Below are positions 29,017 through 38,780 of a stretch of 64,000 nucleotides of DNA, one piece after another. Under the pieces are notes generated by a model. The model ran no database searches. It was not told the DNA's origin and saw only the letters and a program-made list of their open reading frames with translations. The DNA lies in contig JALFAD010000046.1 of the NCBI GenBank assembly GCA_022772525.1, forward strand, positions 56 to 64,055. Direction: 5' to 3'. Each line of letters starts with the position of its first letter. Position 1 is the first letter of the stretch. The position numbers were made by a program, and so were the translations under genes. Origin of the DNA: Clostridiales bacterium. Lineage in GTDB: Bacteria; Bacillota; Clostridia; Oscillospirales; Oscillospiraceae.

Positions 29017-29106
29017 TGAATTTGCCCCCGGAACGGTACCGTTCCGGGGGTTTCGATTGCTATTTTCGGAAAACGCGATATAATAAGGGAAAAAGGAGGA
29101 AGTAAA

Positions 29107-29901
29107 ATGCTCATTGTATTATCCCAATTTTTGAAAAGCACCCTGTTTAAAAACTTAAGCGCCGCTGTGGTGATTCTGGTCATCGGCGTGCTGATTATCC
29201 GGGTTCTCATGCGGCTCATTGAAGCGTCCCTGAATAAATCCCGGCTGGAAAAGGCGGCCCACAGTCTGATTCTGTCTCTTTCCAAAGCGGCAATGTACAT
29301 TCTGCTGTTCCTGATCGCCGCTTCAACCCTGGGGATCGATGTGTCCAGTATTGTGGCGCTGGCCAGCGTGCTGACCCTGGCTCTTTCCCTGTCCCTGCAA
29401 AATATGGTGTCGAATATCATCGGCGGCTTCACCATTCTGTACACCCACCCCTTCCACTCCGGCGACTATGTGGAAATCGCGGGGCAGGCGGGCACCGTCC
29501 GGGAGATTAACATGACCTACACGGTGCTGGCAACGCCGGATAACCGGGTTGTGTCCATTCCCAACAGCGCGGTGGTAGCGGCGCAGATCGTCAACTACAC
29601 CAGCGCCGACAGCCGCCGGGTGGAAATCGATGTGTCCGCCTCCTACAATGCCCCCACCCAGAAGGTACTGGACGCGCTGGTGCAGGCGGGCACGGTGGAC
29701 AATGTGCTGCTGGAGCCGGCCCCCGCCGCGGTCATCACCGGCTACGGCGACAGCGCCATCAGCTACAATCTGCGTATCTGGGTGAAGCCTGCGGATTATT
29801 GGGATGTCTATTTTCTGGTGATGCAGCGCATCAAGGACATTTTCGACCAGCAGGGCATTGAAATGACCTATCCCCACCTGAATGTCCACCTCGACAAGTA
29901 G
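29107..29901 (+). CDS. MscS-family mechanosensitive channel
   Basis: Three TM segments, PFHSGDYVEI, IPNS..I.NY and YPHLNVH. Confidence 0.92.
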   Translation: MLIVLSQFLKSTLFKNLSAAVVILVIGVLIIRVLMRLIEASLNKSRLEKAAHSLILSLSKAAMYILLFLIAASTLGIDVSSIVALASVLTLALSLSLQNMVSNIIGGFTILYTHPFHSGDYVEIAGQAGTVREINMTYTVLATPDNRVVSIPNSAVVAAQIVNYTSADSRRVEIDVSASYNAPTQKVLDALVQAGTVDNVLLEPAPAAVITGYGDSAISYNLRIWVKPADYWDVYFLVMQRIKDIFDQQGIEMTYPHLNVHLDK

Positions 29902-29921
29902 CGGCCCGGCGGATACTGTCG

Positions 29922-30173
29922 CTACAGGACTGCCAGCAGTGCCAGAATGCCGATGCCCGGCAGGCCCAAAATTCCAGCGGTGAGCACAGTGACGGCGTTG
30001 ATGGGGAAGAAAATCCCCGTGAAGCCGGCGATGCTGTTCAGCAGCCACAGGCAAAGAAAGCCGCAGGCGGAGTGGATCAGCAGCTTAAAGATAAACTTCA
30101 TAGGCAGCAGCAGAAGCCGCACCGCCACCAGCGCCAGCAGGGCGGGAATCAGCAATGTCACAAATTGTTCCAT
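29922..30173 (-). CDS. bofA: Pro-sigmaK processing inhibitor BofA-family protein
   Basis: Small hydrophobic protein with PINAVTVLTAGILGLPG. GGAGG RBS. Confidence 0.8.
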   Translation of the reverse strand: MEQFVTLLIPALLALVAVRLLLLPMKFIFKLLIHSACGFLCLWLLNSIAGFTGIFFPINAVTVLTAGILGLPGIGILALLAVL

Positions 30174-30451
30174 AATTTACCTCCGTATGATTTCCGCAAT
30201 TCGGCATATACTGCTCCCGGACAGCAAGGGAAGCACCAATGCAGCCGTGACGACGGATGGGTGTTACATTGTCTGTCAAGTGTATCGCCGCAGGGCCAGC
30301 GGTGTGATGCGAGAGCGGGAGAGCAGGGAACGGCTCTCCCGTGTACATTTAAAATATAAAATGCGGTGCGCAGAATTTTGTATTTCATTATTATGCCATG
30401 GTGGAACCAAAATAAAACGGGAACGAAGGGGGGATGTCCCTCTGTTCCCGC

Positions 30452-31252
30452 TTATTTTTTCTGCTTGCAGGCGTACAGGTAGGCCTGCTTGTAATCTCCC
30501 AGCTCCCGGTAACAGGTTTCCAGCCGGGGAATGACCTTCTCAGGGAAGGCGTCCTCCGCCTGCCGGAGACACTGGACGGCGTCCTGGTAGGCTCCCTCGG
30601 ACAGGAATACCTCCCCGCGGAGCAGCATCCACTGCGGTGTGTCCCGGTGCTGCATGGCTTCCAGCAGATGGGCGCCCCGGCGGGTGTCTCCATCACGGAT
30701 GGCTTCCGCCCCGCGAAGCATCAGCTCCTCGTCCAGACTGGACAGCTGAGCGCACAGCCGCTCACTGCCGCCCAGCCGTCCCAACAGCAGAATGCGCTGC
30801 CGGTTCAGGGCTTCGGCGCAGTAGACACCCCGGGTATCCGTATGTTCCAGCAGCTCCCGGGCGTACCGCTCCCGGTGCTCGCTGATGGCCTGCTCCGCCA
30901 GTGCCAGCCGGATCAGAACCATCAGCAGCGCTTTTTCCCGGTCATAGACCGGGTCCGGCCCACAATAGCCCCCCAGTGTCTCCAGCGCCTGCGCATACTG
31001 CCCGGTATCGTAGAATCGCCGTGCGGATTCCATGACTTCCTGATTGGCAGAAGCAACCGCCTGTTCATCCAAGAAGAAGCTTACAGGCTTTTCCAGCCGG
31101 TCGGCAAGGTAGCGCAGGGTTTTCATGGAGGGCTGAGCAGCCCCGTTTTCAATGCGGGAGAGCATATTGCGGGTGATTTCCCCGCCGCACAGCGCCCGCT
31201 GGCTTAAGTGCGCTTCCAGCCGTGCCTGCCGCAGCTTTTCCCCCAGCGGCAT
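30452..31252 (-). CDS. XRE HTH regulator with TPR-like C-terminus
   Basis: LGEKLRQAR..SQRALCG..MLSRIENG..PS, followed by helical repeats. Confidence 0.85.
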   Translation of the reverse strand: MPLGEKLRQARLEAHLSQRALCGGEITRNMLSRIENGAAQPSMKTLRYLADRLEKPVSFFLDEQAVASANQEVMESARRFYDTGQYAQALETLGGYCGPDPVYDREKALLMVLIRLALAEQAISEHRERYARELLEHTDTRGVYCAEALNRQRILLLGRLGGSERLCAQLSSLDEELMLRGAEAIRDGDTRRGAHLLEAMQHRDTPQWMLLRGEVFLSEGAYQDAVQCLRQAEDAFPEKVIPRLETCYRELGDYKQAYLYACKQKK

Positions 31253-31388
31253 GAACACCCCTCCTTTGCGGTAACGAATCGTTTTCTATACTGTACCATA
31301 TCCGGCGTCAATTTTCCAGAGTAACAAAAAATTCATTTGCTATTTTCGCCGCTTTGGTTTATAACTGTAGGTAGAACTTCAAGAGGCA

Positions 31389-32399
31389 ATGGAGATTGTT
31401 ATGGATATTCAAAACACGAAGGAAATACAGGCCTGCGCCCTTCGGCGGCTGACGGACGCTCCTCAGGCGAAGCGTGTCGCCGCTGTTTACGCCGGGGTGA
31501 CGCTGGGGCTGTCCGCGTTGGTGACGCTGCTGGGGCTGCTGCTGGACGGGATGATGTCTCAGGCAACGGGCCTGAGCGGTATGGGACGGCGGACGTTCCT
31601 GTCCTCGGCGCAGACGATGCTGCCGTGGGTGGTGACGCTTGTTACCATGTGCGTGGAGCTGGGCTATCAGGCCGCCATGCTGCGCGTTTGCCGGGGCCAG
31701 TATGTGTCGCCCCAGACGCTTCGGCTGGGCTTTGACCGGTTTTGGGTGCTGCTGCGCTGCATTCTGCTGGAGGGATTGATACTCTTTGGTATTATCTTTG
31801 GCAGCATTTACCTAGCAACCATGATTTTTATGATGACGCCTCTTTCCCGTCAAGTAATGGAGGTGCTCACACCCATCATGGAGAATGTGACCCTGCTGAG
31901 TCCGGAAATGGTGCTGGATGACGCGCTGTACGCCCAGCTCATGCAGGCGATGATTCCGGCCTTTGTGCTGTGCGCCATCGTTATCGCGGCGGCTGCCATT
32001 CCGGTTCTGTTCCGTCTGCGGATGTCGCGCTTCGTTCTCATCGACAAGCCCGGCATCGGCGCGCTGGGCGCCCTGCGGGAGAGCCGGAAGATGATGAAGG
32101 GCAACTGTATGAAGCTTTTTAAGCTGGATGTGCGCCTGTGGTGGTACTATGGTGCGGAAATCCTCGCAAGTTTTTTGTGCTACGGCGACGTGCTGCTGCC
32201 AATGGTCGGCATCCGCCTGCCCATCCGTGATACCGTGAGCTATTATCTGTTTTTCGTCCTGTATCTGGCGGCCCAGTTCGCGGTGTATTACTTCCTGCGA
32301 AATCCGGCGGAAGTCTCCTACGCCATTGCCTACGATGCCATCCGCCCCAAGGAGCCGAAAACCGAAGGCGTGGTGCTGGGGAGCATCTTCCAACAATAA
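31389..32399 (+). CDS. DUF975-like integral membrane protein
   Basis: Multiple TM segments and ALRESRKMMKGN..LF.LD. Confidence 0.75.
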   Translation: MEIVMDIQNTKEIQACALRRLTDAPQAKRVAAVYAGVTLGLSALVTLLGLLLDGMMSQATGLSGMGRRTFLSSAQTMLPWVVTLVTMCVELGYQAAMLRVCRGQYVSPQTLRLGFDRFWVLLRCILLEGLILFGIIFGSIYLATMIFMMTPLSRQVMEVLTPIMENVTLLSPEMVLDDALYAQLMQAMIPAFVLCAIVIAAAAIPVLFRLRMSRFVLIDKPGIGALGALRESRKMMKGNCMKLFKLDVRLWWYYGAEILASFLCYGDVLLPMVGIRLPIRDTVSYYLFFVLYLAAQFAVYYFLRNPAEVSYAIAYDAIRPKEPKTEGVVLGSIFQQ

Positions 32400-32456
32400 A
32401 AAAACAGCTGTCGCTGCAAACCGGTGCGAACACCGGTCTGGGGCGACAGCTGTTTT

Positions 32457-34457
32457 TTATTGTCTGGCCTTTGCCAGATAGTTAAAGTAATCCAGATTCT
32501 GAACCTGCCGGGAGTAGTCGATTTTATTGCGCACGATGGACTTGACCCGGGCGATATAGTCCTCGTCAACGTCGGCTCCCTCTGCCGGGGTAAAGGTTCC
32601 GTTCTGGGCATCGAACTGTCCTTTGTCAGTCTTCCAACTGAAGTCCGGCCAGAGCACCAGCGGGCTCTCCCCGGAAAACACGTCCCGTCCCACCAGCAGC
32701 CGGGAATCGTACGCTACGCCGAACAGATTGGATAGAGTGGGCAGGATATCCAGACTGTACACCGGCTCGTCCACGACAATATTTTTCCCTTCCAGACAGC
32801 CGCTCCAGAGAATCAGGGTGTTGTGGTCCCGGATGAATTTATCGTAGCTGTCCACGCCGTACAGCTCCGCCAGATAGTCGGAGGTATTGCGCCACGCGCC
32901 GCTGCGTTCCAAACCATAGGGATAGTGATCCGTGGCAATGACGATCACGGTGTCGTCGGCGATTCCCGCTTCCTCCAGCTGCCGCACCAGCGACTCCATG
33001 GCGTATTCCAGCTCCTGCTGGGAGGCGTAGTAGCACTTCACCGCCTCGCAGTGATCCATGTCCGCCACCACGTCATAATTTTTCCTCGCCATGGCGTTTT
33101 CCTTCAGGGAGTACATACAGTGCCCGCTGACCGTCATGTAGTAGATGCTGAAGGGCTGGTGGTCGATGTACTGGGGCACCGTCACGTCGATCATTTCCAG
33201 ATCGCTTTCCGGGAAAACCCCGGTGATTCCTTCCAATCCACCGTAGCGTGCCAAAAACCGGTCATAGCCCAAATGGGTGTGGGTCTTGTCCCGGTCATAG
33301 AAGTCCTTGTTGTGGTTGTGGTAGGCCGCGCTGTAATAGTTCTGGGCCTGAAGCTGGTGCCCCATGGTCAGAAACAGGTCCTGCTGGGTTGCTTCCTTCA
33401 TGCACATTCCGGCAGTGGTCGGCACCAGCCCCACCAGATTGGAAAATTCTCCCGTGGTGGTGCTGGCTCCCCAGGCAGGCTGGTAGTAATCCCGGAACTG
33501 GATGCCCTGGGTGGCAAGCCGGTACAGCGTTGGGGTGCGCTCGGGGTCGATCACCTCGGAGGTAAAGGCCTCGGCGGTAATCAGAATTAGGTTTTTCCCC
33601 TGAAACAGCCCGGTGTACTCGTTTTTCATGGTGGGTGTCACCGTGCTGACATAGCGATGAACCGCCGCGACGCTGGCATTTCCCTCGGTCTGGGCCAGTG
33701 CGTCAAAGTCAAAGTCCATCACGTTAGGCGCATAGGCCACCGGCGGTTCTTCCGCCCCCTGTTCAGGCGCTTCGGTAACTTCCGTTGGGGGCGGCGCCAC
33801 CGGTGCGAATTCCACTTTCGTGTTTTGCGCCACGGCGCTGTGCGTCCGCTCCAGAATGGTTCCCACGTGAAGGCCGAAGCAGCGGACCGCGCTGTCGAAA
33901 TCGTAAGAAACGTTCATTCGCTCCGCATCGGTTCCGACGCCCTTCACGATACCGAAGCTCAAAAGATATGCGGCAATTACCCCGGCCAGCAGAAATCCTC
34001 GTGTCCGCCAGCGGGTCTGGCAGGGCGCCGCCAGCAGCGCGTACAGCAGCACAGGCAGAAAAAACACCAGAATCCGCCAGAAGCCCTGAACAATCAGGTT
34101 CAGAACGATCCCGGTGAAATCCGTCGCAACTCCCTGCGCGCCGCCCAGCAGCGTGTTGACAGGCATAAAGCACATATAGGCATCATTGACAAAATACTCG
34201 ACGATATAAAACACCGTCAGCAGCGCCATCAGCCCTGTGCTGACCCACTTGCCCCAGCATTTTTCGCCGATAAAGCTAAAAATCAGCCCAATCACGCCGC
34301 CGAAGCCCAGTGCAAATGCCAGCACAGCGGCGAACCGTCCGGCGGCAAAGGTTTTTGTGGTCCATAGGTGCAGCAGGCTCTCACAATAGAGCACCGTCAC
34401 CACCGCAAACAGCCATGCCGGAATGGGTTGCTTCCCCAGTTTTTCTTTCCAGTGCAT
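32457..34457 (-). CDS. LTA synthase/sulfatase-family membrane protein
   Basis: Five N-terminal TM segments, NLILITAEAF, TTTGEF, TVSGH, TDHYPY and DILPT. Confidence 0.88.
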   Translation of the reverse strand: MHWKEKLGKQPIPAWLFAVVTVLYCESLLHLWTTKTFAAGRFAAVLAFALGFGGVIGLIFSFIGEKCWGKWVSTGLMALLTVFYIVEYFVNDAYMCFMPVNTLLGGAQGVATDFTGIVLNLIVQGFWRILVFFLPVLLYALLAAPCQTRWRTRGFLLAGVIAAYLLSFGIVKGVGTDAERMNVSYDFDSAVRCFGLHVGTILERTHSAVAQNTKVEFAPVAPPPTEVTEAPEQGAEEPPVAYAPNVMDFDFDALAQTEGNASVAAVHRYVSTVTPTMKNEYTGLFQGKNLILITAEAFTSEVIDPERTPTLYRLATQGIQFRDYYQPAWGASTTTGEFSNLVGLVPTTAGMCMKEATQQDLFLTMGHQLQAQNYYSAAYHNHNKDFYDRDKTHTHLGYDRFLARYGGLEGITGVFPESDLEMIDVTVPQYIDHQPFSIYYMTVSGHCMYSLKENAMARKNYDVVADMDHCEAVKCYYASQQELEYAMESLVRQLEEAGIADDTVIVIATDHYPYGLERSGAWRNTSDYLAELYGVDSYDKFIRDHNTLILWSGCLEGKNIVVDEPVYSLDILPTLSNLFGVAYDSRLLVGRDVFSGESPLVLWPDFSWKTDKGQFDAQNGTFTPAEGADVDEDYIARVKSIVRNKIDYSRQVQNLDYFNYLAKARQ

Positions 34458-34469
34458 TTCCCGGTCTCC

Positions 34470-35687
34470 TTACGTGGTCTCCTGTCCGCCGTCCTGTGCC
34501 TTGGGCTTCCGGCGGCGATAGTTGGGGCGGCGGCGGGAGGGTTTCTTCCCGGGGCGCTCCTGAGTCTGCGTTTCCTGTTTCTGTTTTGGCCCGTCCTGCC
34601 GCTGCTCCGGCTTCGGCTCCTTCGGGGTCTCGTTCTGCGGTCTGCGGCGGCGGCGACCCTCTTTCTGCTCCGGCTGCTCCTGCGCCGGCGCTTCCTCCTC
34701 CGTCACCACGGACTCGGTGCTGTAGCGGAAGCGGATGGGTTCCAGAACCAATTCCTGTTCCGGCTCCTCCTTGCGCACCCGCTTTCCGCTGCCGGAAATG
34801 GGGGCCAGGTCCGCCGGAATGGGCGGGTCGTTTTTCTTGGCCTTGCCGCTGCGAAGCACGGCAATATCGGCGTTGGCGAACACGCTCACCGTCTCCGGAC
34901 TGTCCTCCATGCGCACCTTCACCCGCTGGCGCAGAAGGTCGAGCTCCACCACGGTGCCCCGGCCCTCGGGGGTATCCACAAAGGAATCCAGTCTGGGGCT
35001 GGTGCGGATCAGGTCCTCATAGGCATCCTGCTCGTACTTGAGACAGCACATCAGTCTGCCGCAGGTGCCCGAAATTTTCGTGGGATTCAGGGACAGGTTC
35101 TGGGTTTTTGCCATTTTAATAGAAACCGGCTGAAAATCATCCAGGAAGCTGGCACAGCAGAAGGGCCGGCCGCAGATGCCCAGGCCTCCCACCATTTTTG
35201 CCTTGTCCCGGACGCCGATCTGCCGCAGCTCAATGCGGGTATGGAACACGGATGCCAGATTTTTCACCAGCTCCCGGAAGTCCACTCGTTCATCGGCGGT
35301 GAAATAGAACAGAATCTTGCTGCCATCGAAGGCAACCTCAGCGGAAACCAGCTGCATATCCAGCCCATGCTCCGCAATTTTTTCCATGCAGATATCGTAG
35401 GCCTTTTTTTCCTTGACCCGGTTGTCCGCCGTGATGCGTTCATCCTGCGCTGTGGCCCTGCGCAGAACCTTGCGCAGCGGGGCCACCACGTCCTTCTGGG
35501 CGATCCGGTGATTGCCCCCGGCACAGGTGCCGTATTCCGCGCCCCGGGCTGTGTCGATAATCACATGATCCCCGGTCTGATAGCTTTTCCCATCCGGGTC
35601 AAAATAGTAAATTTTCTGGCCGGGGCGGAACTGGATGTCCACGACCTCCACCGCCTGCTCCGGCAAATTATTCAGTTCCTGTTCCAT
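34470..35687 (-). CDS. ricT: PSP1/RicT (YaaT) family protein
   Basis: FTADERVDFRELVK, GICGRPFCC and SGTCGRLMCCLKYE motifs. Confidence 0.92.
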   Translation of the reverse strand: MEQELNNLPEQAVEVVDIQFRPGQKIYYFDPDGKSYQTGDHVIIDTARGAEYGTCAGGNHRIAQKDVVAPLRKVLRRATAQDERITADNRVKEKKAYDICMEKIAEHGLDMQLVSAEVAFDGSKILFYFTADERVDFRELVKNLASVFHTRIELRQIGVRDKAKMVGGLGICGRPFCCASFLDDFQPVSIKMAKTQNLSLNPTKISGTCGRLMCCLKYEQDAYEDLIRTSPRLDSFVDTPEGRGTVVELDLLRQRVKVRMEDSPETVSVFANADIAVLRSGKAKKNDPPIPADLAPISGSGKRVRKEEPEQELVLEPIRFRYSTESVVTEEEAPAQEQPEQKEGRRRRRPQNETPKEPKPEQRQDGPKQKQETQTQERPGKKPSRRRPNYRRRKPKAQDGGQETT

Positions 35688-35732
35688 AGGTTCTCCTTTA
35701 TCGTCAATTGACAATCGTCAATGTTCCTTTCC

Positions 35733-36686
35733 TTATCTCAGTTCCCAGCACAGCCAGCCGCAAACGGCTGCCGGGGAAACGTTGCTCATTGTGTAATCCA
35801 GCGCCTTTTTCAGGGTGGTGACTCCGCTGTACAGCTCCGCCGCGGTTCTTCTCTGGGCCAGTTCCCGGGAAAGGGCGGATACCGCCTCGCCGCCGCTGCG
35901 GCGCATCAGTGCGCCTTCCAAAAGCGACAGCCACTGCTGCAGCGTCTCCGTCAGAGTCTCCCGCTTCCACTTTTCCATAGGCACTAAGGTTTGGGTCAGC
36001 AGCAGCGCGTCCCGTCCGGCAAAGGCTTCCACGAACTGCTCCGTCTGGGGTGAAACCTGCGCTCCTTGTGTCAGCAGCGTCCGGGCCTGTCCCAAAAGTG
36101 CGCCGCTTCGCGTCACCGCCGTCTCAATGTCCTCCGGGTCTGCTTTAGGAAAATCCACGCGGAGCTGCTTTCGCAAAATATCCGGCGGCAGAGCCTGCAT
36201 TTTCAGTTCGGTACACCGGGAGCGCACCGTAGGCAGCAGCTTATCCGGGTTGTCCGCCAGCAGCAGGAACACGCCGTAGGCCGGCGGCTCCTCCAGCACC
36301 TTCAGAAGGGCGTTCTGGCCCGGCAGCCCCATGTCCTGCGCCCGGGGGAATTGGTAAATTTTGTGATCAGACTCATTGGGCTGGATAAACATATCCGCCC
36401 TCGCCTGCCGGATCAGCTCCACCGGCACGGTTTTTTTCTCTGGGTCATCCACGATGATATAATCCGGGTGATTGCCGTCCAGCACCTTCCGGCAGGGGGT
36501 GCAGACCCCGCAGGGCTTGTCACGGCCCTGACAGAGGATCGCCGCCGCCAGCAGACGTGCCAGCGTACGCTTCCCGGAGCCTTCGGGGCCGGAAATCAGA
36601 TAACAGTGGGAGATATGGCCCTTGGCAAGGCTTTCCGTCAGGTTTTCTTTCAATCTCTCGTTGCCCAAAAGCGCGTCAAAGCCCAT
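35733..36686 (-). CDS. holB: DNA polymerase III subunit delta'
   Basis: GPEGSGK, PCGVCTPC, NHPD, NALLKVLEEPP and PTVRSRC. Upstream of ricT. Confidence 0.9.
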   Translation of the reverse strand: MGFDALLGNERLKENLTESLAKGHISHCYLISGPEGSGKRTLARLLAAAILCQGRDKPCGVCTPCRKVLDGNHPDYIIVDDPEKKTVPVELIRQARADMFIQPNESDHKIYQFPRAQDMGLPGQNALLKVLEEPPAYGVFLLLADNPDKLLPTVRSRCTELKMQALPPDILRKQLRVDFPKADPEDIETAVTRSGALLGQARTLLTQGAQVSPQTEQFVEAFAGRDALLLTQTLVPMEKWKRETLTETLQQWLSLLEGALMRRSGGEAVSALSRELAQRRTAAELYSGVTTLKKALDYTMSNVSPAAVCGWLCWELR

Positions 36687-36796
36687 ATCCCCACCTCCTT
36701 ATTAATGTATCATATCATAGTCAGCATAAAAAGTAAAATAATTTCAAAATATGCTGATTGGGTTTACTCGGCAATATTGTGCTTTAGCGAATTAAT

Positions 36797-36868
36797 GTAG
36801 GGGCGGCCATTGGCCGCCCGCCCTCATTCGAATCGGTTGTGTTGCGGGCGCCCAATGGGCGCCCCTAC
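36797..36868. repeat. GTAG-type REP doublet, second subfamily
   Basis: GTAGGGGCGGCCATTGGCCGCCCG ... CGGGCGCCCAATGGGCGCCCCTAC. Confidence 0.8.
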
Positions 36869-36910
36869 AGGTTGGTTTGCGATATTCTTCTTTAGTTGAC
36901 AATTGTCAAT

Positions 36911-38524
36911 TCAGCTCCAGAGGTCGGACAGCATGGGAATGACCTGCTTTTTCCGGCTCATGATCCGGGGAAGGAAGGCAGTGTTGTCCTTCGGCACCAC
37001 GTTGAAAGCCTGCCGGATGGATTCGTCGTCGCCCACATAGAGAATCTGGGTGCCCTCCAGCATCACGTCCGTAGCCATCAGCAGCATCAGGTCGAAGCCC
37101 TTCTCCTCCTTATGCTGCCGCATTCTCTCAAGAATTTCGTCCTTCCGGTTCAGCACGCCTGCAGAGTCCACACAGGTCAGCTGTGCCACGGCGAGGGAGT
37201 GCCCCGCCACATGGAATTCCTTATAGTCGGTGAACAGCATTTCCTCCACGCTCTTGTGATCCACGGTGTTGGAGAACAGAATCTTGCCCAGCTCGTCCAG
37301 AGATACGTTGGCAATCCGCGCCATCCGCTCTGCCGTGCGGATATCCCGCTGGGTGCAGGTGGGGGACTTGAACATGAGGGTATCCGACAAAATTGCCGCC
37401 GCCATCATGCCCGCCAGCCCCGCCGAGGGCATCAGGCCCCGATCCTGAAACATGCTGGCAATAATGGTATTGGTGGAGCCAACCGGCTCGTTGCGCACAT
37501 AAATGGGATTGTTGGTCTGCACATCCGCCAGCCGGTGGTGGTCGATGATTTCCAAGATTTCCGCCTGATCAAGGCCCAGCACGGACTGGGACGCCTCGTT
37601 ATGGTCAACCAGCACCACCCGTTTTCTCCGGGGCCGCAGCAGATGGTACCGTGTCAGAATGCCCACCACTTTTTCTTTGCCGTCCAGAATGGGGTAGCTG
37701 GGGTGTCGGTACTTGAGCACCACCTCACGGACATCGTCCACCCGGTCGTTTAAATGGAAGCAGATCATGCCCTTGGTATTACAGATTCTTCCCACAGGCG
37801 TGGACTGGAACAGCAGACGGGTAGCCCGGTAGGCATCAAAAGGTGTCGTAATGATGCAGGTCTCCGTTGGAAAGTCCCTCAGCTCCGGCGGCAGAGCCGC
37901 CTGACACAACACCAGACAGCTGACATTCATTTCCAGCGCCCGGCGGATCATATCCGGCTGGTGTCCGCACAGGACAATGGATTCCTTCTTCTGAAACAGC
38001 AGGTTTTCCTGATCCTGGGGCAGGGCGATGACCACCTCGCCGGTGATGGTGTCCGTATTTTCTCCGGCCTCGTTGAGGATTTTTCCTTCCAGCACGGACA
38101 GGAGGTTAAACAGGGGCACCTCCTCCAGCATACCGGAGGTAATGCCGGACATATTGTAGCTGGCAATATCCGTCCGGGACAGGATGCCGTAGAGGGTGCC
38201 GTCCTCGTTTGCCACGGGCACGGAGGCGATGGCCGGATAGGAGGCGAACTCGTCCCAGGCAAGGCTCACGGAAACGCCGGTGCTCAAGATGGGCGGGGTG
38301 TCAAAATCCAGATCCCGTACCTGATTGTAAAGGTTCGTGATCCGGTTTGGCGCCTGAAAGCCGAAGCGGTCCAGCACGGACTGGGTCTCCTCAGAAATCT
38401 GGCCCAGGCAGGCAGGCTCATACTCCCGATCCCCGCAGGCGTTGCGCAGCGCGGCGTAGGCAATGGCTGCCACAATGGAATCGGTATCGGGGTTGCGGTG
38501 TCCGGTGACGTAAATGGGATCCAT
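36911..38524 (-). CDS. ppaC: Mn-dependent inorganic pyrophosphatase with CBS/DRTGG insert
   Basis: GHRNPDTDS, VDHNE, IDHHR and SRKKQ motifs. Confidence 0.92.
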   Translation of the reverse strand: MDPIYVTGHRNPDTDSIVAAIAYAALRNACGDREYEPACLGQISEETQSVLDRFGFQAPNRITNLYNQVRDLDFDTPPILSTGVSVSLAWDEFASYPAIASVPVANEDGTLYGILSRTDIASYNMSGITSGMLEEVPLFNLLSVLEGKILNEAGENTDTITGEVVIALPQDQENLLFQKKESIVLCGHQPDMIRRALEMNVSCLVLCQAALPPELRDFPTETCIITTPFDAYRATRLLFQSTPVGRICNTKGMICFHLNDRVDDVREVVLKYRHPSYPILDGKEKVVGILTRYHLLRPRRKRVVLVDHNEASQSVLGLDQAEILEIIDHHRLADVQTNNPIYVRNEPVGSTNTIIASMFQDRGLMPSAGLAGMMAAAILSDTLMFKSPTCTQRDIRTAERMARIANVSLDELGKILFSNTVDHKSVEEMLFTDYKEFHVAGHSLAVAQLTCVDSAGVLNRKDEILERMRQHKEEKGFDLMLLMATDVMLEGTQILYVGDDESIRQAFNVVPKDNTAFLPRIMSRKKQVIPMLSDLWS

Positions 38525-38548
38525 AAAAGCACCTCCGGCGTTTTTTTA

Positions 38549-38780
38549 AAATGACGAATGCAAAATGCAAAATGCACCACAAAATGGAATTTGGCAGGGA
38601 TGCCAAAGGTTCCCCTTGAGGGGAGCTGCTGAAGCTGTGCGAAGCTGAGGGGTGCACCCCTCCGACCTCGCTTACGCTCGGTCACCTCCCCTAAAAGGGG
38701 AGGCCTTAAAGCGGTAAATTATATTTTTTCGCGAAGCGAACACCGTCATTCTGCATTCATCATTTTGCATTTTGCATTTG
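38549..38780. repeat. Family-B palindromic element flanked by inverted AATGCAA heptamer arrays
   Basis: (AATGCAA)n, then GGTTCCCCTTGAGGGGAGC..CCTCCCCTAAAAGGGGAGG (~38608-38706), then (TTTGCAT)n. Confidence 0.75.
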
